From: Microbotryum violaceum
Lineage: Eukaryota
DNA: 64,000 nt
Reading direction: 5' to 3'
NCBI GenBank assembly: GCA_001244265.2
Contig: CDLV01000005.1
Location: 620,001-684,000, forward strand
The notes beneath the pieces are model-generated. The model was not told the DNA's origin, did no database searches, and saw only the letters and a list, made by a program, of their open reading frames with translations. Shown here in pieces: positions 21,873 to 35,265 of the stretch. The position numbers were made by a program, and so were the translations under genes. How positions within the stretch are numbered: position 1 is the first letter of the stretch; the number at the start of each line of letters is the position of its first letter.

Positions 21873-24259
21873 TCACCTCTTCTTACTGCGCTTCTTACCA
21901 GTCGTGACTGCCACAACCGCGGCCGGTTCAGGTTCGACAATGCCCAACTCCTCACTGATGGTCCCCGTTTCCTCCACCTCCGCGACCATTCCCAACGCCG
22001 TCGTGTCCGAAGGTGACTCAACGGGAGGCTCGCCTTGGTATTCGTCCAATAATTGCAGAGGCGGATAGAAGCCTTCATCAGCGTCCCCGTCGGGTTCGAT
22101 CAAAACGTAAGCCTCGTATTCGTCGTCGAGGTTGACGGGGGCAGAGCTGAGTTGGTCTCGGTGGGAGGTGAAAATATCGACGGGTCGGTCTTGTTGGTCC
22201 GCTTTCCTCCTTTTGACGACGGTCTCATCTTCCTATTCGGTCGAAGCCAAACCCAACGCGCGTTAGCCACGGTGCAGAAAGAGTCGAATTGGAGGAAGAA
22301 GAGGCCGACTTGCAATATCGAACTCATCCTCCTTCTCTTCGTATTCACGATTCTCATCCAATTCTTCGAAGCCCGGGGCGTAAGCGCTCCAATTCTCGAC
22401 GATACCCGTTGTCCAAAGGTGAATGAGGCCCAAAGTCGAAACGGAAGCGATGAGAGGTCGAAGTGGATGCCACTGAGACCGGAACAAGCTAATTGTCTCA
22501 GTCCAACCGTCCTATATCAGCCTGACGAGTCGTATCAACTCACATCGACGTCTTCGAGTGGGTCTTTGGGCCCTTCCAAGATCTTGAGCAAACCTCCTGA
22601 GTCGGAATCCCAGATGTAGATGTTGTGCGCGCCTTTGTGGCCGGCACCTGGGAGGGTAATAGAGAAGCTGCGATGTCAGTCTCGCTCTATGCGTCAGTCG
22701 CTGCATCGCGATCCTCTTACCTCCGAAGATGTAATCCCCGCTCTGCGAAAACCGACAGCCGTTCCAAGGTGTGCGTTCGACCAGGTCTTGGAAAGCATGC
22801 TGTAGGTGGAAGTAAGGTATCCGAGGTGGTCGGGGAAGAGAAGCCGCGCCATTCGTGCCTGAAGTATCCATAGGACTGGCGGCGTCCCCCGCGTCTTGTT
22901 TCATTGAGCTGTCCCATGGCTCGTCCAACAAACGGAAGACACGGATACATCGATCGTTCGAATTGAGCACGATCGCACTGAGGGCATTATGGGGGAGCAC
23001 GCTCAGCCCAGGCACGTTGAACCGGTTTCACTCTCATTTTCAAGCAACTCACTCCCCCTCCTTGTTGAATACCATGTGCTTGATCGACGAGGGAACGTCA
23101 GTGTATTCGGTCCACAGGTGCTGCACAGATTTTCAACAACAAAGCCAAACTGAGCGCCACGTATCGCGGTAATGAACGAGCAGGATACGAGAACCCACCT
23201 GCTTTGTCTGCACGTCCCAAACGTGGATATTGCCTAGTGAGGTCCCGACGTAAATTAGGTCACCTTTGGGGTTGAACCGTGCTACGGTAGCAACATCCCT
23301 GCGATGGCCATCAAGATAAGATCAGAACATCTAATCGTCATGGCTACGCCAGCTCGACTCGAAAATCCGCATCCCACTCACTGCTTCTTGGCGTCATTGT
23401 CTTCATCTTGCTCGGGATCTTCCTCGTTCGCCTTGTCCTGGTCCTGAAGCGTCTCGAGATGCCATCTCCCGCCACACGATTTCCTCGAATCGACAAAGAC
23501 AGGCTCGACTTGGGAATGTAGTGTCACAACGACGATATTACTGTCAAAAGTCTCCGGTTCTGCAAAATTAACTCCCCGGCCACGCCGTCCGGAAGGCTTT
23601 GCGGTGCTTGTGACTGACCTATTCCTCGGATGTAGGTCGGCACTCGTAACGGGCGCATCGAAGCGGATGGTATATTTTCTTGCACCCTGTATCTGTTCGG
23701 CACTTGATGCGGCGAGATCCCATAGGATGACGTTCCAGTCCCGAGAGGCGGTGAGGAGGTAGCGAGAGTTGCGAGACCAGCTGAGAAGGGAGAGCGAGTC
23801 AGTTTGCTGGATTTGCTATCGCTCGTTCTCGATGCTCCGTATCTCGTTCAAGCCACTTTTGGGCATTCTGAATGCACTAGATGCAGCACGCGCCGCGACG
23901 CGCCAAACGAGCCGAACTCGCGTCGACCCTGACCGGACCCAACCCACTCACCATACGACCGTCACCGCCTTGATATGCCCCTCGAGCCATCTCACCACAC
24001 CCTTGGTTTCAAAGTCCAACACGGACACGACGCCGTCTAACCTCCCTACGGCGAGGTAATGCCCTGCGAAGACGCCGTGTGGGTTGAATCGGGCACACAA
24101 CGCGATCGCCTCCAGTGCAGAGTCATGGTTCTCCGGGAAAGCTTGGGAGAAGGGGTCTGAGAGATGGAGGTGGTAGGTGGTCTATCAGTGCGTTCGTCCC
24201 ACATCAGCGGTATGGACGTGCGATGGTTTCGCTGACTTACTGAGTAGTTCGAGATTCAT
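21873..24259 (-). CDS. SWD1: COMPASS/Set1 complex WD40 subunit (RBBP5 homolog), multi-exon
   Basis: MNLELLNPF..P; YLAVGRLDG; LEGHIKAV..WSRNSRYLLTASRDWNVILWDL; FQDLVERTPW..FSQSGDYI; ENWSAYAPGFEELDENREYEEKEDEFD. Confidence 0.93.
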
Positions 24260-24696
24260 CTCGCACCGGAGAGCTCGAGCTCAGCCTATCGCTGGGCGGC
24301 GAGCAAGACGACCTCTACACAGCGCGTGTCCTTCAGCGTCCCAACTAATGCTATCGATCCAACTCGACGGCGGTCGATGAGCCGTTGGCAGCAGTGTGCA
24401 CCGTCTCGGTCGGAAGCGGGCGAGCAGCAGCTGAGCTCCACTTGGCACTCGTGACCCAAACAACTCGATCTCATCTCACTCACACCGGACGGCTCTTGGC
24501 TCGAAATGTTATGAGCATGGTTCGATGGCTTCTTTGAAACGGTTTCTATTACAAAAACATAAGCTCAAGCCTCATGGCACTAAATTAGTCCAACTCGTCA
24601 GCTTTTTCAAATCTCACACTTGTCAAAAAACCACCCCCGGGAACTTGGGAACAGGAAAGAAAAAGGCTACACTATCGAGCTCCAGCTGCGCCGTCC

Positions 24697-27190
24697 CTAC
24701 TCCTCGCTCGGAGCCACATCCTTGAACCTCTTGCCCGTCACATCGGCACAGATGGCTTTCCCAATCTCGGCGATCGAACCATGCGACTCGTAGATGGGGT
24801 AAATGACGACCGCGAAAGACCCATAAAAGACCCAGATGAAAGTGATGGCGATCCAGACCGCGAAGCCGACTTGGGGGAACACGTAGCTCGAGAAAAAGAG
24901 GGGCAAGGGAATGGCGATAATGAGCAGGAAGAAGAGGAACACCGAGACGTAGACGGCGAGCTTGAATGCTTGACGAAGTTTGGCCGGGTCCTTGTTCTCG
25001 TTGTACGCGAGGCCACCAAGTTCTTCCGACAACGAGGCACGGGCACTCGCGACCTTAGGAGATTCGGCTTCGGTTTCCTTCTTGTCAGAGTCTTCGGCCT
25101 CAACGACATCGACGTTTTTGACGGGGGCGGTCTCAGAGTGGTCGCGCTCCGAGTGGATCGCTCGCGTGATCTCCCAGTCAAAGTTCTCGGGCCAGAGCCA
25201 CGAGGTCGAGAAGGCGATGATGCACGATACGCCGAGAGCCAAGAGGTTGCCTGTCAGCATCGGGTAGTCCTGGAAGGTGGTATCGATCGTGATCTTGCCG
25301 TTGTTCTCTGCCGCGGCGACACCGAGCCATCCCGCGATTCCGACGGCCAAACCAATCCAAGCCGCAGCGATGCAACCGAGGCGGTTCGCCTTGGCGCTCA
25401 TGATCGCAAGCGCGATAGGAGCCACCGCGCTACCGATCAAGCAGCCCATGAACTCGTAGCTTTGAGGGGAAAAAATGCCCGGAATCAGTATCTCGTTGCG
25501 TGAGCGTTCTTCAACATATCACAGTTTGACTCACAGCCAGCCCATCGAGATTCCAGCTTCGAAAAAGATGATGCCTAGAAGACCCATGATGACACCGTAG
25601 GCGACGATGGCGATGTGGTCCACTTTAAGGATTTGTGAGTCCGAAGCGCGCGGGTTGATGTAGGGGATGTAAACGTCGTAGGTGAACAGCGAGCTGACCG
25701 CGACAAGTTCGGCCGAAGCAGCGGATGTGACGGCCAAGAAGAGCAAGATCAACATCAAGATGGCACCCGTCTTGCCCAAAAGTTGAACAGCGGCGGCCGC
25801 GGCGGGCAGACCGGCAGAGACTTCACCCGGCGTGAGATCGACTTGGAAGTAGACTGCGGCGAGACCCATCGTAGTAGCGAAACCGAGAGGGATCGAGGTC
25901 CACGCCGTCCCGCCGAGGATAAACGCCTTGACGCACGACGCGGGCTCCGACGCGATCGCTCGTTGCCAGTAGGCCTGGTCACAGTAGACTGTTCCGAAGT
26001 TGCCGATGATGTTAATGACGCCAAAGATCAAGCCTAATACAGGGCAGAAAGTGTGATTAGAGATGTATACCAGTCTCAGTGGACAAGTTCTGCGCAAAGA
26101 AGGGCGGGTGCAGCCTCGTCGTACCTGACTTTGAGCGCATGGTCAAGTAGGACCCTTGAGCGTTGTCCTTGACAGGGTGGATCTTAGCAATCTCGGTCAA
26201 TCGCTCATACAGAGCCTTAGGTGAGCCGATACCGGCCCACTTGCTCGTGTAGACGGTGAACATGAAGGTCAGGATGATGGAGAAGAGGAATGTGGTGTGC
26301 AAGTAATCGGCGAGAAGCGAGGAACGAAGACCACCGATGAGGACGTAGATGACGACTCCGACGGGAATGAGCATGCAAGCGGCATGGGTCGACATGCCCG
26401 TGAGATCCGTGACCGTCGCCGAGCCTCCCGTGATCAACATGGACGAGACAAGGATGTTGCAGCACAGGGCGAAGAATCCAAAGGTAGCATGACCGAGAGT
26501 CCCCCAACGTGTTCTGATCACTTCCAGGAACGTCGAGGCGTTGGGCGCGTTGGTCTTGAGTTTGGCACTGTTCTGAGCGAAAAGGAGCACTTGCACCGTC
26601 GCGCCGGCGGCGTACCACCAAGATCCACTAATGCCGAATCTGAGAGCGTGAGAGTCGTCACATCAGCCAATCAAGTTACACGCTTGTATACGATTATGCG
26701 GGCCCGGCAGAACAAGACCTACTTGTAGCAGACCGCACTGGACTGCAAAAGCGTTGCGGCCCATGTCCACGCCGATACGATGCCCGAAGCGATCAATCCA
26801 GGCTTGACTGTTCCAGATTCGTGGCGATAAGGAGGGACGAGACAACCGGATCGTCAGCCGTGTACCGACGCGGCCAGGCTCTGTGATTATGCATCAACCT
26901 CCAGTTTGAAAACAATCACTGACCGGAATGACTCGCCGAGGTGAATTCTGCTACACTGGTTGCCTTGTATCTATTGCACAGGGAGGGAGTAGGGAGTGCG
27001 GAAACTCGGTCAGCGGCGAAACTTTTCCGTGATTATCCCACGGCGCGGCTATCGCGGGACGGCCCTAAACTAACTTTGTGTACCGATTTTGGACCCAGGT
27101 CAATCCGACCATCAACACAGAAAAGAAGAGCCCAATTCCGAGAACGACACCATAGCCTGCTGCTTGTGGAAGGACAGCAACCCCAGGCAT
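24697..27190 (-). CDS. DUR3: Urea/polyamine transporter (sodium:solute symporter family), multi-exon
   Basis: LPQAAGYGVVLGIG; WWYAAGATVQVLLFA; K.NAPNASTFLEVIRTRWG; GGLRSSLLADYLHT; GSYLTMRS; NFGTVYCDQAYWQRAIAS; AVTSAASAELVAVSSLFTYDVY. Confidence 0.93.
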
Positions 27191-27336
27191 GGTGGAGATG
27201 TGGATTTAAATTCGAGGAGTGATGGGAACGTGGGAAGAAGGAGAAAGGGCGCGAGACAGGTCGGCATGTACAGGTCAAAGACGAGAAGGAGGCCGGAGGA
27301 GGCCCGTAAGACCTCCGGTAAGCTCCGATCAATCGG

Positions 27337-27696
27337 CTTATCCTGGAGGACTTTTCACCAAGAGCTTGAGCTCTAGATTGGCGCACACTAGAGTGATTGC
27401 AATCAGTTTGGTGCCGAGGCGTGATCGGAGACCTCGGATCCACTCCGGCCGATGCTCTATCGCGGCTATCGCTAGCGGGGTTTTGAGTTTCAAGAATAGG
27501 ATTCGAGTCGCTGCGAGCAACCGGTAGGCTCAATGTAGATACCTACTTATAAGGAAGGTGGATACCTACAGTAATTTGTTCATAATTACTCATTTTACTA
27601 TACTTGTGACTGGGGGACCGGGACTGGGCGGTATGAGACATCAGCGCGCAAGGTGCACAAATGCGAATTTTCGCTATCATCGGTGCCGGCGATAAA
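27337..27696. promoter_or_regulatory. Cluster of GATA cores upstream of DUR3 (possible nitrogen-catabolite control)
   Basis: CTTATC 27337-27342, CTATC at 27457, 27466 and 27674, GATAAA 27691-27696. The motifs are short, so chance occurrence is possible. Confidence 0.25.
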
Positions 27697-28315
27697 GAAC
27701 GGGGAAAAGCACTGGATTTATAACACGGCCACGGCAAGCAATCCCTGTACACACATTGATCAAACCCCATATAAAAATTATGCGGGCTGCTCAACGTGCC
27801 CACTCTCAGAAGATCCCCCCACTCGGCACAACTACCATGTAAATTGGGCAACTTCGCGATGCGCTCTGATGCGCTGCCGCGCCATGTTCAGGGGCTGCTG
27901 CTCCGAATGTGCTTGTGGGTTTCAACCTCGTCTGTGCGCTGCACCTGCACCGGTCCAATGGCTCGGGGCCGGCTTGAGAATATCACTCGGGATTGCTGAG
28001 ATCAAAAGAACTCTAACGGAAACATAAACAAGAAATGTGCCCCCCCGCCCCTCGATCGGCCCTCAGACCAGACCATTGAAAGTTCGAGAGCATGACAAAG
28101 AGCCGTCCACGCGTCAACCCAGAAAAGCAACAATCCGACGTTCCAAAGGCTGCCGAACCCTTCGCGGGTGTGCCAGCGTAGGCATTGGAAAGGAAAAGGA
28201 ACCATCCCGTGTTGTTGGACTTCTGGGAGTCGACGGCGCCTTGTAAATCTCGATTAAGGAGGCCCTCCCATCCGCCTCAGTGATCGTCGTCGCAGTGATG
28301 ACTATAGAGTTCTTA

Positions 28316-28444
28316 GAGACGTTGAGAAAATCGACTCCCTGATCAGCGAAAGCACATTGAGAAGCGGGTGGATTCCAAAATAGCACACCTTGGAGACGTT
28401 GAGGAAATCGACTCCCTGATCAGCGAAAGCACATTGAGAAGCGG
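28316..28444. repeat. 52-bp direct repeat, 2 copies
   Basis: 28316-28367 and 28393-28444 differ at one base, separated by a 25-bp spacer. Confidence 0.9.
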
Positions 28445-29767
28445 ATGGGGAGAAACTAAGCCGCTTCTGCGCGCGGAGCCTAAACGTCTAAGCACTACCC
28501 AATTTGACACTTTCTACTGAATACGGAGCCCAAGAACCCCCGGCCTCGCTCTCAGTCGCGATCACCGCCTCAACCCAGTTGGCTCCCACTGCGCTCACAG
28601 CCTCACAGACGAGATCGTCTTCTGTTGCACCAACCCGTTCCAACAATGACAAGGGTGCGGCAAATCTTCATCGCTCCGCCGGGGAGCCATTGGCCCCATT
28701 GTCGTTGCAGCAGCCGCGAATGAACGCCTGGAACGCGGGTTTGATGCAACCTATGTCGGCGGGGCCCTGGGTCGAAAACGCTATTCGCCGTCGAGATCGC
28801 GACGAATTGGCCCAGAGCCAAGGTGGTCGCGAGTGCCGACAAGTGAAGAGGGACTATCTCGAGCACTTGGTGTTTGAAGCTGTCGAATTTGGGGAGGGTG
28901 ACAGGGGAGAGGGAAGGGGAGGGGAGGAGAAAGGGGGTCCGACAGAAAAATATTATCTCTACGCACATATGCCACACCGAACCGCGCCGCGGTCACAACC
29001 GTCAGCGAGGCGATCCGAGCAACCTCGACAGAGTTGTGCTCTTAGGTGTCCCGTTTCCTTGCGCCCACTCTTCAACTCGTCGAGTGGAGTCCCGACTCGC
29101 GATCCCATTACTGCCTTAGCGCTGTTAAAGCGCGGGCCGCCGTGCTACCCACCGCTACTCCGATCCGCCGCTTGCATTCGTGCCTGCTCGAGCCGGATAC
29201 TAACGCCGACGACACTGGGCCGCCCCTTGGCGCCGGTAGCGACCTAGATGCTCATACCTCTGTATCCTTAACCAGGTGGCCTATTAATAGTTGTTTAAGT
29301 GCCCAGTGATCGACCTTGTCTCAGGCCTCAGCGCTCAGCGCCGCTGCGCCGAACGGCGTAGCCGATCACGCGAGCTGAAACTCTATATTGCGCGTCCGGG
29401 CGCCGTTCCGAGCTGCAGCCGGTGCGCGCGCTGCGGCAACGTTTGACTCGACGAGACATTTGAAGGATTTCGAGCTGAGGTGCTTGTCGGCATTCTATGC
29501 AACGTTTGATCGATCAGACTTCAGGGTTCCGCGTCTCCCTCGTTCGAGCACCACACGCCGGCGGCGGCGAAAAGTCGTTCGATGCGCCGTGCGCCGGTTG
29601 TTACGGCATGCGGGCGGTACCGACCACGGTTGTGCACTTTCGTTGAATTTTGGCTTATGGTCTCAAAGCAACGTGCACTCGCAAGGGCGATTTCACTAGT
29701 ACGACAGCGCAATGTTCACACAATCAAAAACAGATAAGAAACGGAGCAACCCCCAATCAATCGTCGC

Positions 29768-31960
29768 CTACCTCGTCGCCCGTTCAACCTGCTCCTTCAA
29801 AACTGCCTCGTCCCAAAACTCGCGCGCGTCGGCCTCCTCTTCCTCCCCAATATCGAACACGGACCTATCCTCACCCATATTCGTCATCGTCGCACTACTA
29901 CCCCCACTCCTCAACTCGACCTCATCTTCGTCGGACCTCCTGTTCGAAATGGACATGGGGACCGATTCGTAAGGTGCTCTAGTCCGTTCTTGACGATCGT
30001 TCGAACCTGCACCTGCTCGAGTTGCGGAGCTTTCCCAAAACCTTTCGCTAGCTTTAGGGAGGGGGATCATCCCGCCCATGATCCAACGTCTATCTTCTCT
30101 CGCTCCGGCACCTTCCTCCTCATCGACTCTTTCCGTGATGCCCGTTTCACGCGCCTCGAGCTCCAACATGAGTCGTTCGTAGGTCTCGACGAGGATGACG
30201 GCGACGAGGTAGATGACGAACGCGGTCGCGAACAAGATATTGGCGTAGGTGATGTGGTCCATCTCAATGTCGCGGCCGACCCACGCCATTTGTTCTTCGG
30301 TCGAGGAGAGGAAAGTGAGTCCACTCAGAACGAGAAGGTAAGGCGTCATGTGTTGGAATGCCCGAGCTGAAACGGAGGGGGAGAGCACGGGCGTTGGTTG
30401 ATCCGAAAGGAGGAAGCAGACTTCGATGACGCGCGCGAACCCAGCGGCCATCAAAGCGAATCCGAAGAACTTGTGGACGGCGGTCGAGAACTCGATGGCT
30501 TGTGCGTGGCCCGACATGGCATAGCCTGTCATGGAAATGAGCAGACCGGGGACGATGTTGCGACGGCCACCTCGACTGAGCCACACGCCGAGCGCTCCAC
30601 CGGCCCACCAGAGAACGCCCAAACTGACATGGTTCATGTCTGCGAGACAAAATCAAGGAGGATCAGCGTGTCATCCGACGACAATGACTCGTGGTTCACT
30701 CCCACTCACCTTTGTGCGACCACCCGCCGTTGCCCCCCAAAAAGTTGTGTTCCGTGAACGTGTTGACGATGCCAAGAACCTAGAAGAGCTTGGAAAAGTG
30801 GTATCAGGACCACAAAGAATATCCCAGAACAGATTGATCAGAAGTCGATGCAACTCACCAACAAAACCCACGAGTCGATCATCTCTTGAGCACACCCGCG
30901 TCGCTCGAGCCAGCGTGCTCCGAGCCGGAACAAGACCAGTAGGATGATGCCATACCCTGCAAGGACGCGGGATACGTATATCTGCATTAGCTTCCGATTT
31001 CGAGATGCTGACGGAGAATGAAGCACCACGCACCGATGAAACCACTGCCCATGGCGAAATGCGCAACACATTGTAGCGTGTGCTCGCCAAAGCAGAATCC
31101 AAGTGTGGCGATGCCGCCAAAAATCATTTGCACCCACCCAACGACGGGGAAGGATTTGCCGACGACGCTGTGGAAGACGACGACGCCGCGACGAAATTTG
31201 CTTTTTTGCCACACGTGAGTTTTGAGGAACGTGCCGAAGAGAAATTGCAGGATGAGGTAGTACTTGAGGTAGTGGGCCAGTTTGGAGTGCGCGGTGGTGT
31301 GGAATTCTCGGCCTCCGTGGTGGTGCGCGAGAAAGTTGCCTCCGAAGAGGGAAACGATCGAGGTCAGGACTTGAAGCGGTGCGTGAAATTTGGACTTGGT
31401 CAAACCGAGGACCATGCCTGCACGATTGGGGGATGCGGTGGGGGATGCGGTAGGTACAACAGGTTGTCAGGGGGATGCCTCGGAGGAGCGGGTCTATATT
31501 TGGCCCGAACACTAGTTCGGCCTGGGGAGGTTCAAACGTACCGAGGGGAAAGAGAAAGCCCCAGCAGACGGTCTGAATGCCAATATGCCACCTCATCATG
31601 GAATCGAGTGGCTGTGGCACGTGAACAGACATGGGTCAGCGCGCCAATCACAGTGACGGATTCAGGGGGCGCGTCGGCTGAGCGAACTCGAGCTCGAGGA
31701 AGTGACGCCCAGGCCACGGTGATCCGGACTAGACGTACCTCTTCGTTCATAAAGTTCTGCTCGTACGGCCCATAGTCGTCGTCATGGTGCTCATGTCGCT
31801 TGACCGATCGCAGGAATAACTCAACGACCGAGGTCGAGTCCGGGGTCGAGGCTAATTCAGACGCCGCGGACGCCGCCGAAACGACGGTCAGGAGGAAGTG
31901 CATCACACAGAGCAGCATGCCCAGTCTCCGGATGAATTGCCATCGTGTGCTGGTGGACAT
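29768..31960 (-). CDS. YTP1: Ytp1-family integral membrane protein (DUF2427 + Ytp1), multi-exon
   Basis: Signal-like N-terminus; HIGIQTVCWGFLFPLGMVLGL; HHHGGREF; HSVVGKSFPVVGWVQM; QCVAHFAMGSGFI; NTFTEH; HVSLGVLWWAGG; RNIVP..TGYAMSGHAQ. The start codon is uncertain. Confidence 0.85.
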
Positions 31961-32303
31961 GGACGCGGGTAGCTTTCGTCGAGAGAGCACGTTGACGAAC
32001 TGGAGGGAAGGGCGCCAAAGTGAAACAACCAGCACTGCAGTCGCCTCTCCGCGAATGACCATGGTCGATCGGTCCGGCAGGGTCCGGCTCGGCCCCCACG
32101 CGTTCGCTCCGGCTCGCTCCCACGCGGCGATCGCGCTCCGCCATAGTTCCGCCATTAGTCGCCACATACGGTAATAGACTACGGTGCGATTAGAAGTGCA
32201 CTTGAAATGACCAATTAAAGCGCCTGTCTCCCGCTCGGACCCACCGCCGTCCTCAGCTCCTGCTTCTTAAAAAGCTTCTTGACCGACCCAACTTGCCACT
32301 ATC

Positions 32304-32785
32304 ATGTTTGGATTCGGTCGAGTAAGTCAACACACACATTACATTACTCGTCCAATCTCTGACCCTCGAACTTCCCACCGGTCGACCTCAGTTGATGCAC
32401 ATCGCGTTCGACGTGCTCCTCGTCTCGGCCTGCTTGGCCGGTATCAAGCGTTCAACGGGTCTCTCCCCCGCTTTAACGAGGATAGGCTCCAAGGATCTCA
32501 GGCAGTTATTCGTCGTAAGTACTCCGTGCAGAGTTTCTCCCTCTTTCGCACGTGGCGCAGTTCTGAACCGTCTATCCGAGAAACTGACGAGGCTCAGGCT
32601 GATGACGCGGGTCACTCCTGACGCAGACCTACCTCGAATTGGGAGAATGGGTCATGGATCTCAGCATGTGGGTTGGCCATATGCCTCTTTGATCCCAGCC
32701 AAGAAAGGCACCGGCTTATTCGGCGGAACTTTCTCGATCCAGTGTTGCGATGGGAAGATCGAGCGCTTTCGAGAGGAGGCGATAG
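32304..32785 (+). CDS. Small fungal protein, DUF1748-like, 4 exons
   Basis: Spliced MFGFGRLMHIAFDVLLVSACLAGIKRSTGLSP...TYLELGEWVMDLSIVAMGRSSAFERRR-TAG. Confidence 0.8.
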
Positions 32786-33058
32786 TGGTCGCCGATCGGT
32801 GGCTTGGCCACGAGCAGCTGAGGAGGGAAGGGGCTGAGGATGACAGGTGGGGAAGGTGGGAGACGAATGATGTATTTGTACTGTTGTACTCACGGCCGGC
32901 GCCTTCTTGCAATTTCACGACTTCACTGCTCTTCGTAAACATCATGCCGAGGGGCTGAGCAAGACGGCAAAGTTTGAACTGGCGAAAATATATGATTACA
33001 CAGGGCGCGTGCATGCAACACCACCACACAAGTCCTCGGTTGAGATCCCGGACATCCT

Positions 33059-35007
33059 CTACTTCTTCTTCCCCTTCCCCTCAAACCCAGGCCTCCCTCC
33101 CCCCGTCTTGTTCCTCCCCGCATGGCTCTTGGACTTGGTCTTCCTCGTCGGGGCCGTCCCACTCCTACTCTTGATACCCATTTTCTTATCCTTCCTCTGC
33201 TTCTCCCTAGCCGCAAGGTTCATGTTCCTCTTGGCGACCTTGGCCGCGATTCCATCCTTGACCGTCTCCTTCCTCTCCGCCCAAGCTTTCGCCGATTTCC
33301 CCTTTTGCCTTTCCTGCCTCTTGGCCATCTTCTTCAACCTCTTTTCATCATCTCGAATCTTCTCACCCTCCGCCCGGAGACCAGCCTTCTCCCATGTCTC
33401 CTTCTCCTGCACTTTCTCCCTCTGTTCCTCCGTCAAAGTCGCCAGTTTCTCTTTACGTTTCTCGAGGATGGCCAAAGCGGTCTTCGCGTCCTTGGGGAGG
33501 TCATGGCGGTTCTTCTTGCTCGAACTGAGCTTGTGCACTTTGGAAGAGGTCGAACCGGCCATCGTCGTCGCTTGCGCTACGGCGAGTTGCGAGTTGGTGA
33601 AGTCGAGATTAGAGAAGGTGAAGGCGTCCGCGGGCGGTCGTTCGATGGCAGAGGAAGTCGAAGCGACCAAAGCCTGAGACGAGGTCTGGGAAAAAGGGTA
33701 GGCGGAACTCCTCGTCAGCATCAGAAGCGCACCAAAATCTACTCCCCGAAACTAACCTTGCCCTTCTTAGCCGTTCTAGCATCCTCATCCTGTTCCTGTT
33801 CCTCGACCCTCCCGGGAGCATTCGCTTTTCCCCCTCCTTTCCGCCCATTACTGGTGCCCCTCTCGTGCTTCTTCCTCTTCTGCGCCGCCTCGCCACTCTG
33901 CATCTGTTGCTTCCTTTCCTCCTTCCTTTTCTTCCTCCGATTATCCCTCAACGCACCGCGTCGTCGTCGTTCTTCCAAAAGATCATCCTTGCTCTTGACT
34001 TGGACTTCGGCATCTTCGACCCCACCGGCTTCCTTGGCGGACGAAGACCCCGCTTTGGATCTCTTCATGGCTTGGATCTCGCCGATCCTCTTTTGTAATT
34101 TTTCCCTCAACGCGGAAACGGTCGGCACAGGAGCAGAAGGATCCCTCGGCGCCAAAGAAGGGACCTCATCCTCCATCCCATCGTCGGTATCTGAGTCGTT
34201 AAAGTCAGTATGATTGGACGAGTCTTCGGCGTCTTGCCATTCTTCTTCCGTTTCGTCACCAGTCTCGCCATCGTCACTCGCTTCGGAATCAGAGTCGTTC
34301 GTCTTGGCTCGCTTGTTCGCTTTCATCGATAAGATCTCGGGGATCGTATGCGGTTCGTTGGGGTCGTACTAAGACCAATCACGCAGGAGAACCCAATTCG
34401 ATCGGTCAGTCCCAAATTCAAGAGAGAGAATGACCGAGAAGGTTAGGTAGGGTGTCTCACCCTTGCGATCCGGTCCTCTTTCCTCTTGTCGGCTTTGGCC
34501 TGCTTGGCCTGTGGTTTCTCGGCCTGTTTCTTGAGCGCCTGTTTTTGCGATTTGCTCAATTTTTCCTATTTCGAACCGATGGAAGGAATACGAGGGGTTC
34601 AGAGTGGAGTAGAAGACGGGAGAAGCGAGATGATAGCGGCAAGGAAGGAAGGGGCAAAGTTAGCGATGCGGATCCGAGTCGATTCTCGCCGTGCCGAGAG
34701 AAGTGGCCTACATGATTGGGGATCTGGTCGTTGTTGAGAAAGTAGTACTGCGCGGGAATGTGTCGCAATAGCTGATCGAACGAGTCGTTGTGCGCTTTCA
34801 GGGATGCCTGGAGTGGGTGACGCGGACGCGATCGGACGAGGGATGGCCCAGGTGTGAGATTCGGGTTGCGAAGTCGGGAACGTGAGCGCGGAAGTGAAAT
34901 AAGAGCATTAGCGCTGCACCAGGTCGCGTGAAGGGGTAATTTGACACGCTGAGTACATATGGACTGACCTTGATAGCATCTGCTGTAAAAGGTGATCCGA
35001 TCGACAT
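33059..35007 (-). CDS. RRP14: Ribosome biogenesis protein Rrp14/SURF6, multi-exon
   Basis: N-terminal HNDSFDQLLRHIPAQYY (RRP14 domain). C-terminal WEKAGLRAEGEKIRDDEKRLKK..KSAKAWAER..KRNMNL..RPGFEG (SURF6). Confidence 0.9.
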
Positions 35008-35265
35008 GATGAGCCTGACAATGGATGGCCTTGAAGTAGGTGGCCGACTCGTCGTTGCACGAGGAAGCGAAGTCGTCGTCGCCCGCGCGCGTGCGGAGGC
35101 GAGTCGAGGGGGGGCATTAAACTGGCGCTAATAGCGCTTCGGTCTCGGGGGTGGAATGTAATGCGCAATTTATGACCGACCACGTCAACGTCCGGCTTGT
35201 CTCGAACTGCGCAGGCGTGCACGGCCGTCGTCCAATCCTCAGCCCACCACCCAACCCACGCAGTT

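Noticed and set aside
26850-27190. TPP riboswitch in an intron of the SSS-family transporter
   Set aside because: No TPP aptamer core seen in the introns; the protein looks like canonical Dur3.
28339-28353. Hammerhead-like CTGATCA..GAAA in the 52-bp repeats
   Set aside because: The core deviates from CUGANGA, and there is no stem II or flanking helices.
28504-29247. 247-aa ORF from the ORF track
   Set aside because: TTG start, no recognisable domain, and includes a purine low-complexity tract; probably spurious.
33122-34213. Long antisense ORFs (e.g. 33122-34213, 52543-53895, 331-1125)
   Set aside because: Shadow frames opposite real GC-rich coding sequence.
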